Part shown: piece after piece, positions 23,673 to 36,334 of the stretch
Numbering within the stretch: the first letter of the stretch is position 1
Layout of the letters: every line of letters starts with the position of its first letter
DNA from: Hemiscyllium ocellatum
Lineage: Eukaryota
NCBI RefSeq assembly: GCF_020745735.1
Contig: NC_083406.1
Span: forward strand, 109,841,164-109,905,163
DNA length: 64,000 nt
Direction of reading: 5' to 3'
Position numbers and translations under genes: made by a program
The notes under the pieces: generated by a model
The model's database searches: none
Told to the model about the DNA's origin: nothing
What the model saw: only the letters and a program-made list of their open reading frames with translations

Positions 23673-25499
23673 AGGTGTTTCTACTTAGAGGGAGAATACT
23701 CTATTAAGGTGCCAACTACAGGATTATAAATGTGATGAATAGTCATATTACTGCTTTATCATGTTTGTAATATATACACACAATGAATTTTCAGTAACGT
23801 GAATGTACATGTAATAATTTTACAGCATAAGTAATCAAATTAATCAAATGAAGACCTGCAACTTGAAAGTTGACCAAATATTATGATGGAATTTATAATA
23901 TAAAGCAAACAGATTGTCAAATCTCCATGCGACAGTTCTTCTGGGTTCATAGAAAAAGCAAAGAACTGAATTATATTGCAATCTGTATCACTATGTTAAA
24001 ATACTGGAGTGCTTGTGTTATTATCTTGTAAAGTAATGGATACAATGTATAACATATGAATCTTAGAATCATATGTATTGAAGAAGCACTTTGGTCTATT
24101 GACTCTGTACCTCAATACAATCTTCACTCGACCTATTTTGCTACACTAGATCCATAACTTTGAATGTTTTGACACTTCATGAACTCATCTAAGTACTTTT
24201 TGAAGTTTGTGAGGTTTCCCACCTTAACTACCCTCTCAGGCAGTTAATACTAAATCCCACAAATCTCTGGGGTGATCTTGGTTGACATTTTAGCTTAGTT
24301 ATTTACTTCACATTTGAGATTGACTACTCAGAGTCAGTAATTGTGCATTTTAGTGGGACAAAGCTAGATAAGCCCACATGCTATTTTCATTCATTCTTTT
24401 TGCTACATGTATCGTTGTTGCAACTTCAGCTCACAACAGGTAGATTTTCTTTGCATCAATCGACACACACTAAACTGTACTCAAGTTCTAGATAGGTTTC
24501 TTTTAAATGAGAGTTAAGTGAAATAAAGGGAAAACAGGTCTTAAAAAGACTCACATTTCTTTAAATGGTGGGGGGGGGGGAAAGGGGGGTGGGAGTTTCA
24601 AAACCAATTCTGTTGCCTACTCCAAACTTGGGCAGTACTATTTAATTGTGCATGGAGCGATATTTCCCGACAGAGCCAGGTAACTCCAATAGGGGGAGCT
24701 CTGTCCTCAGATCAATAGATGTAGGTTGATTTCAATTGCCAAAAGTAAGGGTATCAACAGGGTTTCAAGATTCAACTTTGAATATAAATTGTTTATACGT
24801 CTTTTTATGCCTCTAATATCAAGATGCATATGTGTCACTTATAGGGCAACAACCCTCATATAAAAAAAAATCTTGGTGGGTTCCAGTGGACACAATCTAT
24901 TATTCAAAGTTTACAATAAGTACTAAACAATTATTGCACCCGTTACTGGTGAATACAGACAACAACTTGCGTGTAAGTATTGGAAGTACAAGACTATATT
25001 GTTTTCCAGTGTAAATAGTCACCAGTGTGTAACTTGCTCAACACCACAAAATAAGGCTATTCTACAGAATTAGCTCAATACAGAATCTCCTGTATGTTTT
25101 TGATTATTCCATTCCACGTGTATCTTTTTTTGTTGACTGCATTTCACAATTCAAAATTTCAATTGTAACCCCCAATTACAATCTTTCAAAGTATGATGCT
25201 GAGTCAATGACTAAGAAACATTCAAAAATTGCTCAAGTTAACCTTTGATTAAGTCAGCTTGATAGACATTCAGAATGAGTGTGCTAAATATTGACCGTTT
25301 GTAGCTACTGAAAACTTGACATTCATAAATGAATAATAGATTTCAAAATGGAAAGCATGAAAAATAAACAAAATTCATCTGATCCATAATTGTGATAATT
25401 CTCGGTATATATTAATAAGGAAAACTGTAAGAAGACAACTGATAAAACAGTTAGGTTTAGCACAGACAGAAGGATACAGATTCTAGTGATCCTTTTTTT

Positions 25500-26200
25500 T
25501 TTTGTAGTCATGCCTACCTAAGTACAGTGAAAAGTTTTGTTTTGCAAGCAGTACAGGCAGATCATAGAAAAACAAGGGCATACAGGGTGCTTAGACAGAG
25601 TGAAGCATACAAGGTTACAGCTGCACAGTAGGTACACAAAGCTGGATCAACAATTATTTAAAGTTAGAGAGGTCCATTCAACAATCTAATAGCAGCATGG
25701 AAGAAGCTACTCTTAAATCATTTGGAGCGTATGTTCAAGCTTCTTGAATCTTCTGTCTGATGGAAGAAGCTGTAAGAGAGCATAACTGCGGAGGGAGGGA
25801 TCTTCGATGATGTTGGCAACCTTTCTACAGCAATGAGACATGTAAATAGAGTCCATGGAGGGGAGGTTGGCTTCCGTGATGGTCTGAGCTGTGCACACAA
25901 TCTCCTGTAGTTTCTTATGGTCCTGGGCAGAGCAATTGCCTTACCCAGGCTGTTATGCACCTGGATATAATACTATCTATGGTGCTGTCTGTAAAGGTTG
26001 GTCAGGGTCCTTATGGAATTTACTACACCGACTGAGGTAGATGTGCCATTATTGTGCCTTCTTGACTGTCGCATCTACGTGGGAATTCTGGGACAGATTG
26101 TCAGTTATCATCATTCCAAGGAACGTGACGCTCTCAACCCTCTGATCTGTTGATGAGACCTGTTGATGTCGATAAGGACTTGTCCTTGTTCCGCTAGTTT
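25500..26200 (-). mobile_element. Rex1/Babar-type LINE 3' fragment
   Basis: CITAW.GNCSAQDHKKLQ..CTAQTITEANLPSMDSIY..IIEDPS..LLPSDRRF, typical Rex1 C-terminus. Confidence 0.8.
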
Positions 26201-26444
26201 TATGTCAATGTTAGACAATTACAAGTAAATATTGCCATGAAAATGGTGATAAACACAGGGACTTAGTACAGCTTGACTTCATGCAAGTTATATGGATTTT
26301 ATTTGTTTTATATATAATAAATATGGTCTATTGATAATCAAATTCTAGCATCTGATTTTAATATCTGAGATGTTCATAGACTAAAGTGGCTCTTTAAAAA
26401 GGATAATTACTGAGCTTTAGGATGCTGACATCACCTGACTAGGT

Positions 26445-26610
26445 GAAAGTGAGGACTGCAGATGCTGGAGATCAGAGTCAAGAGTGTGATGCTGGAAAAG
26501 CACAGCAAATCAGGCAACATCCGAGGAGCAAGAAAATCAGTGTTTCAGGCTTTTGCCCGAAACATTAATGTTCCTGCTCCTCAGACACTGCCTGACTTGC
26601 TGTGCTTTTC
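26445..26610. mobile_element. Penelope family A fold-back mini-element with 16-bp direct repeat
   Basis: catcacctgactaggt at 26429-26444 and 26611-26626; centre tttcaggcttttgcccgaaa. Confidence 0.85.
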
Positions 26611-26964
26611 CATCACCTGACTAGGTTGAGTTAAGCTCCTGAGACCATCCTTAAATAAGGATCAGTCTGAGCTGAAATTAACATCATTATAAAAGGCTTT
26701 GTAAATCAGATCAATATTGCTGGTTGACTTAATCCATTATGGAAGTTACTGTTTGGGATGGAAGGTCACCTACAGACCCTCCAACTTGTCGCTAGATTCT
26801 GGAAAACACTCTGAACTTTATTTCAACAGATGCTTTTGAGCAGGGCCGAAGCAAGGAAAAGTAAGTAACAGTAGAAGACGCGCTCTCTTCGTCTATTTCT
26901 CTAATCTACATTCAAAGTCATTGCCAAGTGAGAAAACAATTTTTAACAACAATCATTTGAGAAC

Positions 26965-27262
26965 AGGAGAGACAGTGGCCAAGAGAGGCTATTGACCAAG
27001 GTAATACTCGGGGGACCTGGATTCAAATCCTACCACAGCATATTGTGGAACTTGAATTCAATATAAATCTGGAATTCAAATTCTAATAATGGCCATTAAA
27101 CTGTTGTCAGTTGTCAGGAAAAGTCTATCTGGTTCATCGATGTCCTTTAGGGAGGGAAGCTACCTTTCTTACCTGGTGTGGCCTACATGAGACTTCAGAC
27201 CGAATGTGGCAATAAATACTGGTTTGGCCAGCAACACCCACATCCAGTGAATGAATTAAATA
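26965..27262 (+). mobile_element. tRNA-derived SINE (head plus tail family)
   Basis: ggattcaaatcc B box, atctggttca..gtcctttaggga core, tail ggcaataaatactgg..cccacatcc..gaatgaat. Confidence 0.75.
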
Positions 27263-27433
27263 AAACAAAACAAAACAAAACTGAGCGATATCTACAAACT
27301 TGGTTACTGGTGAGGAACTAGACATAGTGGAAAAAATTGGGACTCAGATCATTCTCAAAGACACAATAACTTTAAACTGCAATGACCGTTAACTTTCTGT
27401 CTGGATATGTGTCTTCACTACCATTATTTTGAT

Positions 27434-27636
27434 TAGATTAGATTACTTACAGTGTGGAAACAGGCCCTTCGGCCCAACAAGTCCACACCGACCTGCCGAA
27501 GCACAACCCACCCATACCCCTACATATACCCCTTACCTAACTCTACGGGCAATTTAGCATGGCCAATTCACCTGACCCGCACATCTTTGGACTGTGGGAG
27601 GAAACCGGAGCACCCGGAGGAAACCCACGCAGACAC
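27434..27636 (-). mobile_element. Young HE1-type V-SINE, 5'-truncated, 8-bp TSD
   Basis: Near-identical to 33960-34165; TSD attttgat at 27426-27433 and 27637-27644. Confidence 0.92.
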
Positions 27637-27729
27637 ATTTTGATGTTCATTGTGTGCATGTGTGTTTGATGTTGTGTTTTTGACAGGTGAATAACCAATA
27701 AAATTCCATTTTCTCTCTCTGTTTAGAAA

Positions 27730-29030
27730 ACCTTACAATTTGACTTCTTCACTTTGAACTCAATTGGAGGGAGAGAAGAGTGGAATCAAAACCATTGAAA
27801 CAAGGATAATTATGAGTGCATAAAACCAGAGCGAGACAAAATTAACTGACAAATTAGGTTAATGTCAAGAGAAGATGCAGTGACAGACATGTAAGGACAT
27901 ATTGCGAAATAAGCTGAATGGATGCATTTTAACAACAACAAAAAATTCCAACGGGAAGACCCATCATCCATGGTTAACTAAAAGAATTAATTGTATCAAA
28001 ATTAAAGATAAAACACGCAATGGATTAAGCATAAAGAAGTTATTTAATAGGTGGCTGGATGCATTTAGTGGTGTCTGTAGAGATCAGTACTGGGGCCTCA
28101 ACATTTTACAATTTATATAAATGATTTAGGTGAACTTTAATGATTTGGATGAAGGAAGCATAAGGATTGTTGCTAAATTGGCTGAAGACACAAAATAGAT
28201 GATAAGTGAGGTGTGAAGAAATTGTAAGAAGGCTATAAAGAGATATAAGTACATTACGTGGTTGGACAAATATTTAACAAGTTGAGTATAATGTGAGAAA
28301 AGGTAAAATGTAAAATTATCAACTTTGGCAAGAAGATTAAAAAAAGAGGCATACTATCTAAATTGTGGAACTCCGAAATACAGAGTTTTGCAAGATTTGC
28401 AAAAGATTATTATAGAGGTGCAGCAAGTAATTAGGGGAGGTAATAAAATATATGTTTTATTTTGAGAGAATTAAATACAAATGTGGGGAGTTTTCCTTTC
28501 AGTATAGATCGGTGAGACCACAATGGTGTATTGTTTCCAGTATTGGTATCTGCAATTAAGAAATATGTAAATACATTGGGAGCAATTCTGAGAATATCTA
28601 CTAGATTAAGATTTGGAATGGACCCATTGTCATTTGCTGAAAGGTTGGACAGCTAGGCTTGTATCTGTTGGAATTCAAAAGAATAGAAGGTGACTTGATT
28701 GAAAAATAAGATCCTGAGCAGTCTTAACAGGGTGATGTGGAAAGAATATGTTCTTTTGTGGATGAATCTGAAACTAGAGGTTATGGTTCAAAAGTAAGGG
28801 GTCACCCATTTAATGGAAACATGAGGGGATTTTAACATGGGTTGAGTCTTTGAATCTCTCTTCCTCGAGAGATACTGGAAACACAGGCATTGAATGCTTT
28901 TAAGGCAACAGTTAGTAGATTCTTGATGAGCAAACAGGTGATAGGTTATTGCGGTGGACATCAACTAGATCTTATTGAACAGTCGATTAGGCTTGAGGAT
29001 CTGAATGGACAACTCCTGCTCCAAATCATT
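27730..29030 (+). mobile_element. Old, deleted CR1 LINE
   Basis: HPWLTK relic, degenerate SGV..DQYWG and AKxAEDTK, tail gatcttattgaa..gaatggac. Confidence 0.7.
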
Positions 29031-29056
29031 TATTTGTAGGACAGATTTCTTGGATA

Positions 29057-29470
29057 GGAGAAAGTGAGGACTGCAGATACTGGAGATCTGTAGAGAGTGT
29101 GGTGCTGGCAAAACACAGTAGGTCAGGCAGCATCTGAGGAGCAGGAGAATCAACATTTTGCGCATGAGCCCTTTATCAGGAATGAGTCTATGAGCAGAGT
29201 GGGTGATGAGATAAATGGGAGGGGGGCTGGGGCTGGGGACAAGGTAGTTGTAAGTGTGATAGGTAGATGGTGGTGGGAGTAATGGGGATAGGTCAGAGAG
29301 GAGGGTGGAGCAGATAGTTGGGAAGGAAGGTGGACTAGTAGGACAGGTCATGAGGGCAGTCCAAGTTGGAAGGTTGGATCAAGGATAAGGTGGGGGAGGG
29401 GAAATGAGGAGGTTAAATCCACATTAATCCCATGTGGTTGGAGGGTCCCAAGACGGAAGATGATTTCTTG
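29057..29470 (-). mobile_element. Penelope-like element 3' fragment
   Basis: IIFRLGTLQPHGINVDLTS plus family A repeat; colinear with 20935-21360. Confidence 0.85.
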
Positions 29471-30349
29471 GATATTTCTACTATCCAAACTTGTTATGTT
29501 AATTTTCTGTGTCCCATGATAGTTGGGGCAGAGTGCAAGAGACAGGAAAACTGAGACCATTGGATTGAAAATTTGAATTTCCCCTCAAAGAGTCCCACCC
29601 AAACCTTCCAAAGTAGCAAAGAGGTTCATGTTAGTTTCAGTTGCGTCACTGCACACATATCCTTTTGGTATCAGGTGATCTATTGATAGGTCTGAGGTAA
29701 ATCAGTGTTACATGTCCCATACTATTCTCATTGGGTTCTGGATGTCTTTGAAAAATCCTCCAAATAAGAGGGTTCAGAAACATTGGGAGAAATTTGCTGA
29801 AGACTCAGGAAGATTCTGACAGGTAAATATTAAATGTTTTGATGTGTTTAAATGTTTTAGATATGTTTTTACTGCAGTGATTGATCTTTAGGCTCTGTCC
29901 AGCAGAGCTAATTTGACCATTACATTTACCACTATTATCTAACTGTTAAGATGCATTAAAGTATCTTTCACAGTGCATTTAGTTCTTGGACATTCCAGTG
30001 TCATGATCAAAAGTAATTTCGGCGTTTTAAGGCTACGACAAAGAAAAGGGCTTGGTGCTGTAACTTGGAGCAAAAATACTCCCTGATCTTAAAATTCCTT
30101 AAATGACAGTTCTTTGTTTGATCACCTTAGAAGAAAGGCCAAAATACTTGTTCTTTCAGTTTCAATATGCTCTTTTTCCTGCATATTGACATCTGAGCCT
30201 ATTGTGAATGCTTGGTTGAGTTTCAATGTTTGATGGCACCTAGCTCAGCAAATGGTTGTTCACATATTGTGATGATTTTAAGAGATTATCAATCATTCAT
30301 GCAGCTTTTGAATGTTTGCTTGTTTGTTTTGACAACTGAACGACCACTT

Positions 30350-30635
30350 TTTAGATTCATTCTCAGGATGAAGGTGTTGCTAGCTAGTCCAGCATCCCTA
30401 ATTGCCCAGAGGGCAGTTAAGAGTCAGCCACATTGCTGTGGATCTGGGGTTACATGTAGACAAGACCAGGTAAGGATTGCAGATTTCCTTCTCTAAAGGA
30501 AACTAGTGAATCAGATGGGTTTTCCCCACGGTTATCACTTAGATTCTTAATTCTATATTTTTAAAAATTTAATCTGCCATGGCAGGATTTGAACATGATC
30601 TCCAGAACATTACCACTAGACCATTGCCTTCCCCC
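30350..30635 (-). mobile_element. tRNA-derived SINE (head plus tail family)
   Basis: Antisense: cctaattgcccagagggcagttaagagtcagccacattgctgtgg..tagtgaatcagatggg. Confidence 0.8.
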
Positions 30636-31910
30636 TAATAAGATGATGAGATGTATTTATTTTATTGTAGATCTGGGGCTTTTTTCTTGTGCAGTATGAA
30701 TGGCAGTGTCTTTGACTGACAGCTCTATTAGATTGTTAGAGTGGGGGAGAGGGGCCTTGGGACCTATGAGGGAACATAGTGTAGACAGGGAAATATGAGC
30801 CACCATGAACAGGAACATATGGAAATTGGAGGGTAGAGATATGATGGAGCTTGGAGATAGCATCTGACTGGTGGGCTCAAAGGTTACAATGCACTGTAAC
30901 AGTGCAAAGGACTAACCTGATATCCCTGAGAAATGAGGGGGGACTTCTAACCAGCCTGCATTGGCATTGATACACCTTTAGTGCGCTTCCCCCCACCCCC
31001 CACCCACCCCTGTTATGAGGCTTCAGAACTGAACTTTGCCCACTCATCTCTTTCAGAGATGCAAGTATGACAGATATAGGAAGAGTTGACAGGTTCATGT
31101 TTATAAAGTTCACTTCTGGGACCATAGAAGAATATACAGCTTCTTATCTTTCAATGGCATTCAGTGTCGGAGTCATCAGTTCAGCTGGAGATCTGTGAAA
31201 GTAAACTGATATAGGTTTATGTAATCTGAGTTAAAGTTTCTCCATGTGTATTCAGACTAGGCATGTAAAACTTTATTGGATGATATCTTCTCCACATTAG
31301 ACGAGTTAAGCGTGACGTTGATCAGTTTGAAGTCTATACAAATTGTGACCCAAGATACAAAATCAAATCCACATGATCCTCTTATCAAAGCTATAGTCTT
31401 CTGATGAACAGCCTGGAAGCTGTTTGCAATTTGCTACATCCCCGTTGAGGTGAAACTGGCATGAATGCAAAGTGTTGGATATCTGAAATAACAACAGAAG
31501 AGCTAGAAAAACTTGGAAAGTGCAGGCAGCATTCAAAGTGACATAAATAAAATGAATGTTACGAATCAAGAACCTTTCATTCTGTTTCTCTCTTTGTGGA
31601 TACTGCCTGACCTGCTACATACTTTGAGGACTTTTCTGTTTTTATTTCAAGCAAAACTTGTGCCTACATAAAATATAGGTTTGTGAGCGATGATCTCCTT
31701 AAAGTGCTTATATGATGTTGCTTGTTTGATTTTTGACTTGGGGGGCTGCAGCCTTGTTACATTGCCTGAAATTACTTCACATTGATGAAAAATTCATTGT
31801 ATAACTGGCCTTTATGACCTCAAACCATTATTAAAATATCCCCACTGATTTTTTTTTAAATTCTAGGTTAGGCATGAAAGAAATAAAGGCACCTACTTAC
31901 CATGCAATTG

Positions 31911-31926
31911 TGACCTAAAGTGACCC
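31911..31926 (-). promoter_or_regulatory. Candidate DR4 nuclear-receptor element (GGGTCA-CTTT-AGGTCA)
   Basis: Plus strand tgacctaaagtgaccc in unique DNA; extra half-sites near 31815 and 32005-32015. Motif only. Confidence 0.3.
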
Positions 31927-32792
31927 ATTCCTGAACAGCAATCATCACAGTGATTCAGGAGATCACACGAATCTCAATGCAACCTGGCCCAAACTATTGT
32001 CTACAGGTCAGGTCACTCGTATGAACCATCTCTGGATTAGAGCGCAGAGACATTGATTGATAGTCTGCCATTCACAGTGAGAAAATGTATATCAGTCGAT
32101 TTGAGATCAGTTCAATCTCTGGCGGTGTCTCAGTGGGACTAGACAAGCTCACAGGATTTGAAATCCTCTTTATTCATTAAAGCTGAAAGCAGACCAGGCT
32201 CTGTGCAATTTGTGTTCCATCCCTGTAGCATTTCAAGAAATAACTGAAGCCCAGAAATGACTGCTACTGATATTAGTGGGCAAATGCTTAGTACATTCAT
32301 TCAACATTGCCCCATTCTCTGTGTGAAGTAAACAGATTAATCATAGTCCTGCAGGGCAAAAAAAGAAACTAGCTTTAAAAATTTCAGATGGTTTAGGTAG
32401 TTCTGTTGAACTGAATTTTAAAACTGTGGCAACCTTCTTGTCCATTAGTAGACAATGAAATGGAACATAAAATTAAAACTCACTCTCAACTGGCAGAGTC
32501 AAAACAGAACTTTTATTCACATTGGTAGAAGACAGTAGTTTTCTAGAGAGACTTTCTTTATACCTGTCTGTTAATAGTTGTGATTTATGGCTATGAAGGG
32601 CCATCAGAACTGAGCCTCAAACTACTTTCACCCATTACTCACCCCCAGCACCAGCTTAGGTCACTGGATAATGATTAGCAATTGGAGGGAATTCTGTTGA
32701 ATAAAATCAAAGCGCTGGAGAGAGTCAGCAGGTGGAGAGAGAAAAATAGTTAGCGTTTGGAAATGTGAAAGGTTTTACATTGTGAGGCAGTG

Positions 32793-33102
32793 GATTAGAT
32801 TAGATTAGATTACTTACAGTGTGGAAACAGGCCCTACAGCCCAACAAGTCTACACCGACCCTCCGAAGAGCAACCCAACCAGACTCATTCCTCTACATTT
32901 ACCCCTTCACCTAACACTATGGGCAATTTAGCATGGCCAATTCACCTAACCTGCACATTTTTGGACTGTGGGAGGAAATCGGAGCACCTGGAGGAAACCC
33001 ATGCAGACACGGGTAGAATGTGCAAACCCTACACAGACAGTGCCTGAGGCAGGAATTGAACCCGGGTCTCTAGTGCTGTGAGGCAGCAATGCTAACCACT
33101 GT
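32793..33102 (-). mobile_element. HE1-type V-SINE, near full length
   Basis: (gatta)n tail; antisense V domain and tRNA head. Confidence 0.9.
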
Positions 33103-33544
33103 GAGTTGAAGTAATTGTGTAATAATATTAGTAAACAGCATACCCCTGGATTTGAAGACAGAATGAGAGGGAAGAAGTAAGTAATAGAGATCGAGTGGGT
33201 GACATTCAGAGAATGGTGGAATTTGGATGCAACATTGATGATATTTTTCCATTTCCAGGCAAGAACTGGAAATGCCACTGCCACAGTCATCAATACACTT
33301 GAAGGAAAAGGAGTTGTAAGAGGGGTCTGAATGAAACTGAAACAAGAAATTCCTGGCCACAAGCCAGGTATGGAGGAAGTGGGAGATGTTAAAGGAGGGA
33401 TTGTTCATTAAGAGAACATCTTCACCCTGGTAATGGGAGGAGGTGGTGGATGAGTTGTATTTGGGCCTGCATTCGAGGAAGAAACAGAGAACCCCTCAAC
33501 AGTCATGGTCAGGCGTGGAAATGTAAAGGGATTGGACACTATAG

Positions 33545-34345
33545 TGGTAGAAACAGACCCTTCAGTCCAACTTGTCCATGCTGATCAGGTTTCCCAAACT
33601 AAACCAGTCTCATTTGCTTGCTCTTGGCTCACATTGCTCTAAACCTTCCCTAAACATGCACCTGTCCAAACAGCTTTAAAATGTTGTAACTGTATTTGCA
33701 TCTACCACCTTCTCTGTCAGTTCATTTCACATATGAACCACCCTCTGTGTAAAAAGGTTGTCCCTTGGGTCCCTTTTAAATCTTTCTCCTCTCACCTTAA
33801 AAATATGCCCTCTCGTTTTGAATTCCTCCACTTGAGGGAAAAGATTTAAGGGCGGCACGGTGGCACAGTGGTTAGCACTGCTGCCTCACAGCGCCAGGGA
33901 CCTGGGTTCAATTCCTGCCTCAGGCGACTGACTGTGTGGAGTTTGCATGTTCTCCCTGTGTCTGCGTGGGTTTCCTCCGGGTGCTCCGGTTTCCTCCCAC
34001 AGTCCAAAGATGTGCGGGTCAGGTGAATTGGCCATGCTAAATTGCCTGTAGTGTTAGGTAAGGGGTATATGTAGGGGTATGGGTGGGTTGCGCTTCGGCT
34101 GGTCGGTGTGGACTTGTTGGGCCGAAGGGCCTGTTTCCACACTGTAAGTAATCTAATCTAATCTAAAAGTAATCTAATCTAATCTTTGCTATTCACCTTA
34201 TCTATGCCTATCATGATTTTATGAATCTCTATAAGGTCACCCCCTAATCTCCTAAGCTCCAGTGAAAAAAAGTCCCAGCCTTTCCAGCATCTCCTTATAA
34301 CTCAACTTTGGAAATTCTTTCTGCACCCTTTTCAATTTAATGGTT
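33545..34345 (-). mobile_element. CR1 3' end interrupted by a V-SINE
   Basis: Colinear CR1 sequence on both sides of 33850-34183. Confidence 0.85.
33850..34183 (+). mobile_element. Young full-length HE1-type V-SINE
   Basis: gggcggcacggtggcacagtggttagc (A box), gggttcaattcc (B box), V domain, CR1-like tail, (taatc)n. Confidence 0.95.
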
Positions 34346-34654
34346 AGGACCAGGAGACTGGAAGTTGTTGAAATGACGTAGGGAGTCATAAGCACAATGA
34401 ATATAAGTGGGAAGATCCTGGGGAGGAGAAAAGAAAGAACCAAAATTGGAATAGCTAAGGACGGTGAGCTAGGAAGAGTTTGAAATGATGCTGTCAGGGC
34501 TGTCCTGGTTTTTGATAGAGACATTGAAAGATTACAGCTCAGAAAATGGCCACTCAGCCCAGTGTGTCTTTATCAGCCATGCACAAGCCTAATCCTACCT
34601 TCCAGCATTTGGTCCATACCCCTGCAGTTTACAATCAGTGTTTTTTTACTGTGC

Positions 34655-35125
34655 GGAGAGACAGTGGTATAATGGTAACGACACTGAATGAGCATTGAGA
34701 GTGGCGACACTAAACAACACTTCTCACTGTATTTTTAATAAATACATGTGACTCTAAATTCCAGAACCCCAGGCCAATGTTGTGGTTCAAATCCCACCAT
34801 GTCAGATGGCAAAACTTGATTTCAGTAAAATCTGGAACAAATAATTGGTAATTAATATTCATTGTAATATAAAGTCTAATGTTGTTTGGAGAAGGAAGCA
34901 TGCTGCCCTTACCTGGTCTGATTTACATGTAATGAGCCCTAATGAAGGGCCTTTGCCCGAAATGTCGATTTTCCTGCTCCTCGGATGCTGCCTGACCATC
35001 TGTGCTTTTCCAACACCACTCTAATCTTGGTCTACATGTAACATCAAACCACAGTAATGTGTTTGAATCTTAGCTGACTTCTGGGCAATTAGAATTGGAC
35101 AATAATTCGGACCTAGCTAGTGTTA
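34655..35125 (+). mobile_element. tRNA-derived SINE (head plus tail family) with Penelope family A insert at about 34932-35028
   Basis: ggttcaaatcccacc B box; insert carries ctaatgaagggcctttgcccgaaatgtc (mutated hammerhead core). Confidence 0.7.
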
Positions 35126-35323
35126 ATTAAAAGAAGAGAAATAAGTAGGGAAGTGGTAGAAGCGAGCTGTTTGGGATTGGTTGCAATAGGTTAGGAAGCT
35201 GTGAAAGGAAGATGGTCAAAGGAGATATGTTTAATGACAGATTACTATTTCCGGTTAACATTGTGTTTTCCATTCTAGTTAATGGGCCTGTACTTCTACT
35301 TCTACAATAACTCAACTAAGAAT

Positions 35324-35468
35324 GTTGAAAAGTGTGATGTTGGAAAAACACAGCCTTTGATGAAGGGTTTATGTCTGAAACATTGACTCCCCTGCTCCTC
35401 GGATACTGCTTGACCTACTGTGCTTTTCCAGCGCCATTGTGCAGCATCTGCAGTCCTAACTTTCTCCT
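35324..35468. mobile_element. Penelope family A fold-back insert
   Basis: Flanked by tcaactaagaat / tcaactgggaat; contains ttgatgaagggtttatgtctgaaac. Confidence 0.75.
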
Positions 35469-36334
35469 CAACTGGGAATAACTAACTGAAAGATCTAAGG
35501 ATCGAACCCAGAGCCCTCCTGATCTTTGTAGCTCGGCATTTCACATCTACAATCATTTTTTTAACTTAGAAGCAGCACTGCATTATGGAAATTTAATCAC
35601 TTCTGTGATGAGTAGGTTTTTAAAGCAATTTTAAAACAACATTTTGATGACATTTCTGAAAGCTGCAATATAAATATTTGCAAAGTGGCCATTTTGAGCC
35701 CTAATCCCCTGATGTGTGCAGAAAATGTCTTACAAACTAGTTGTCAAGATACAACAACATTTCTATCACAGAGCAACAGAGAGTATTAAATATTACCGCA
35801 TTTATAAAAGCTGAAAATTATTGATCAACACCAAATTTCATAAGAAGTATTAAATTAGCACATTAATATAATAAAGGAAATCAATGCTTATTGTTTTCTT
35901 TTTTAATTTAGGAAATGTATTTATTCTTTGAACAAGATTGTGAAGTCAGCTTAATAATTGATGTAAATGACAATCATGAAAAGAATGTTCTGGGGTCACC
36001 AGGGTTTCATTAAGTTGATGACATCGCACAGAATGAGGGGGAGCGATGGTTACACATTCAGAATTCATCTTTCTTATTAATTGCTTATCCACAGAAACAT
36101 TATGAAGCAAATTTCATTGAGGTCTCATATCTTTAAGGCAGACAGGTTTGGGTAAAAGGGAACTACATAGTGGAAGGCCAAGACAATTAAAACTAACTGA
36201 ACAACATTTTTCAAAGAGCTGGCAAAGCATTGATGGGCTGAATGGTTTCCCTATGTGCTTCCAATAGTTCTACAAAACCAAAATAAGCTGTAGCAGCACT
36301 TATTAATAACTTGTACAAAGGAACATATGAATCA

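Noticed and set aside
29560-31130. GC-richer degenerate segments (also about 5600-5990, 24560-24780, 40330-40630, 41480-41950, 53980-54200) possibly of Harbinger origin
   Set aside because: Too decayed to assign by eye; left unannotated.
33850-33925. tRNA gene
   Set aside because: A/B boxes belong to SINE heads followed by SINE bodies; no complete cloverleaf or terminator.
33846-34142. Repeated ORF MWKQALRPNKST.. (also at 27452 and 53502) suggesting a small gene family
   Set aside because: It is the antisense reading of young V-SINE copies, not a gene.
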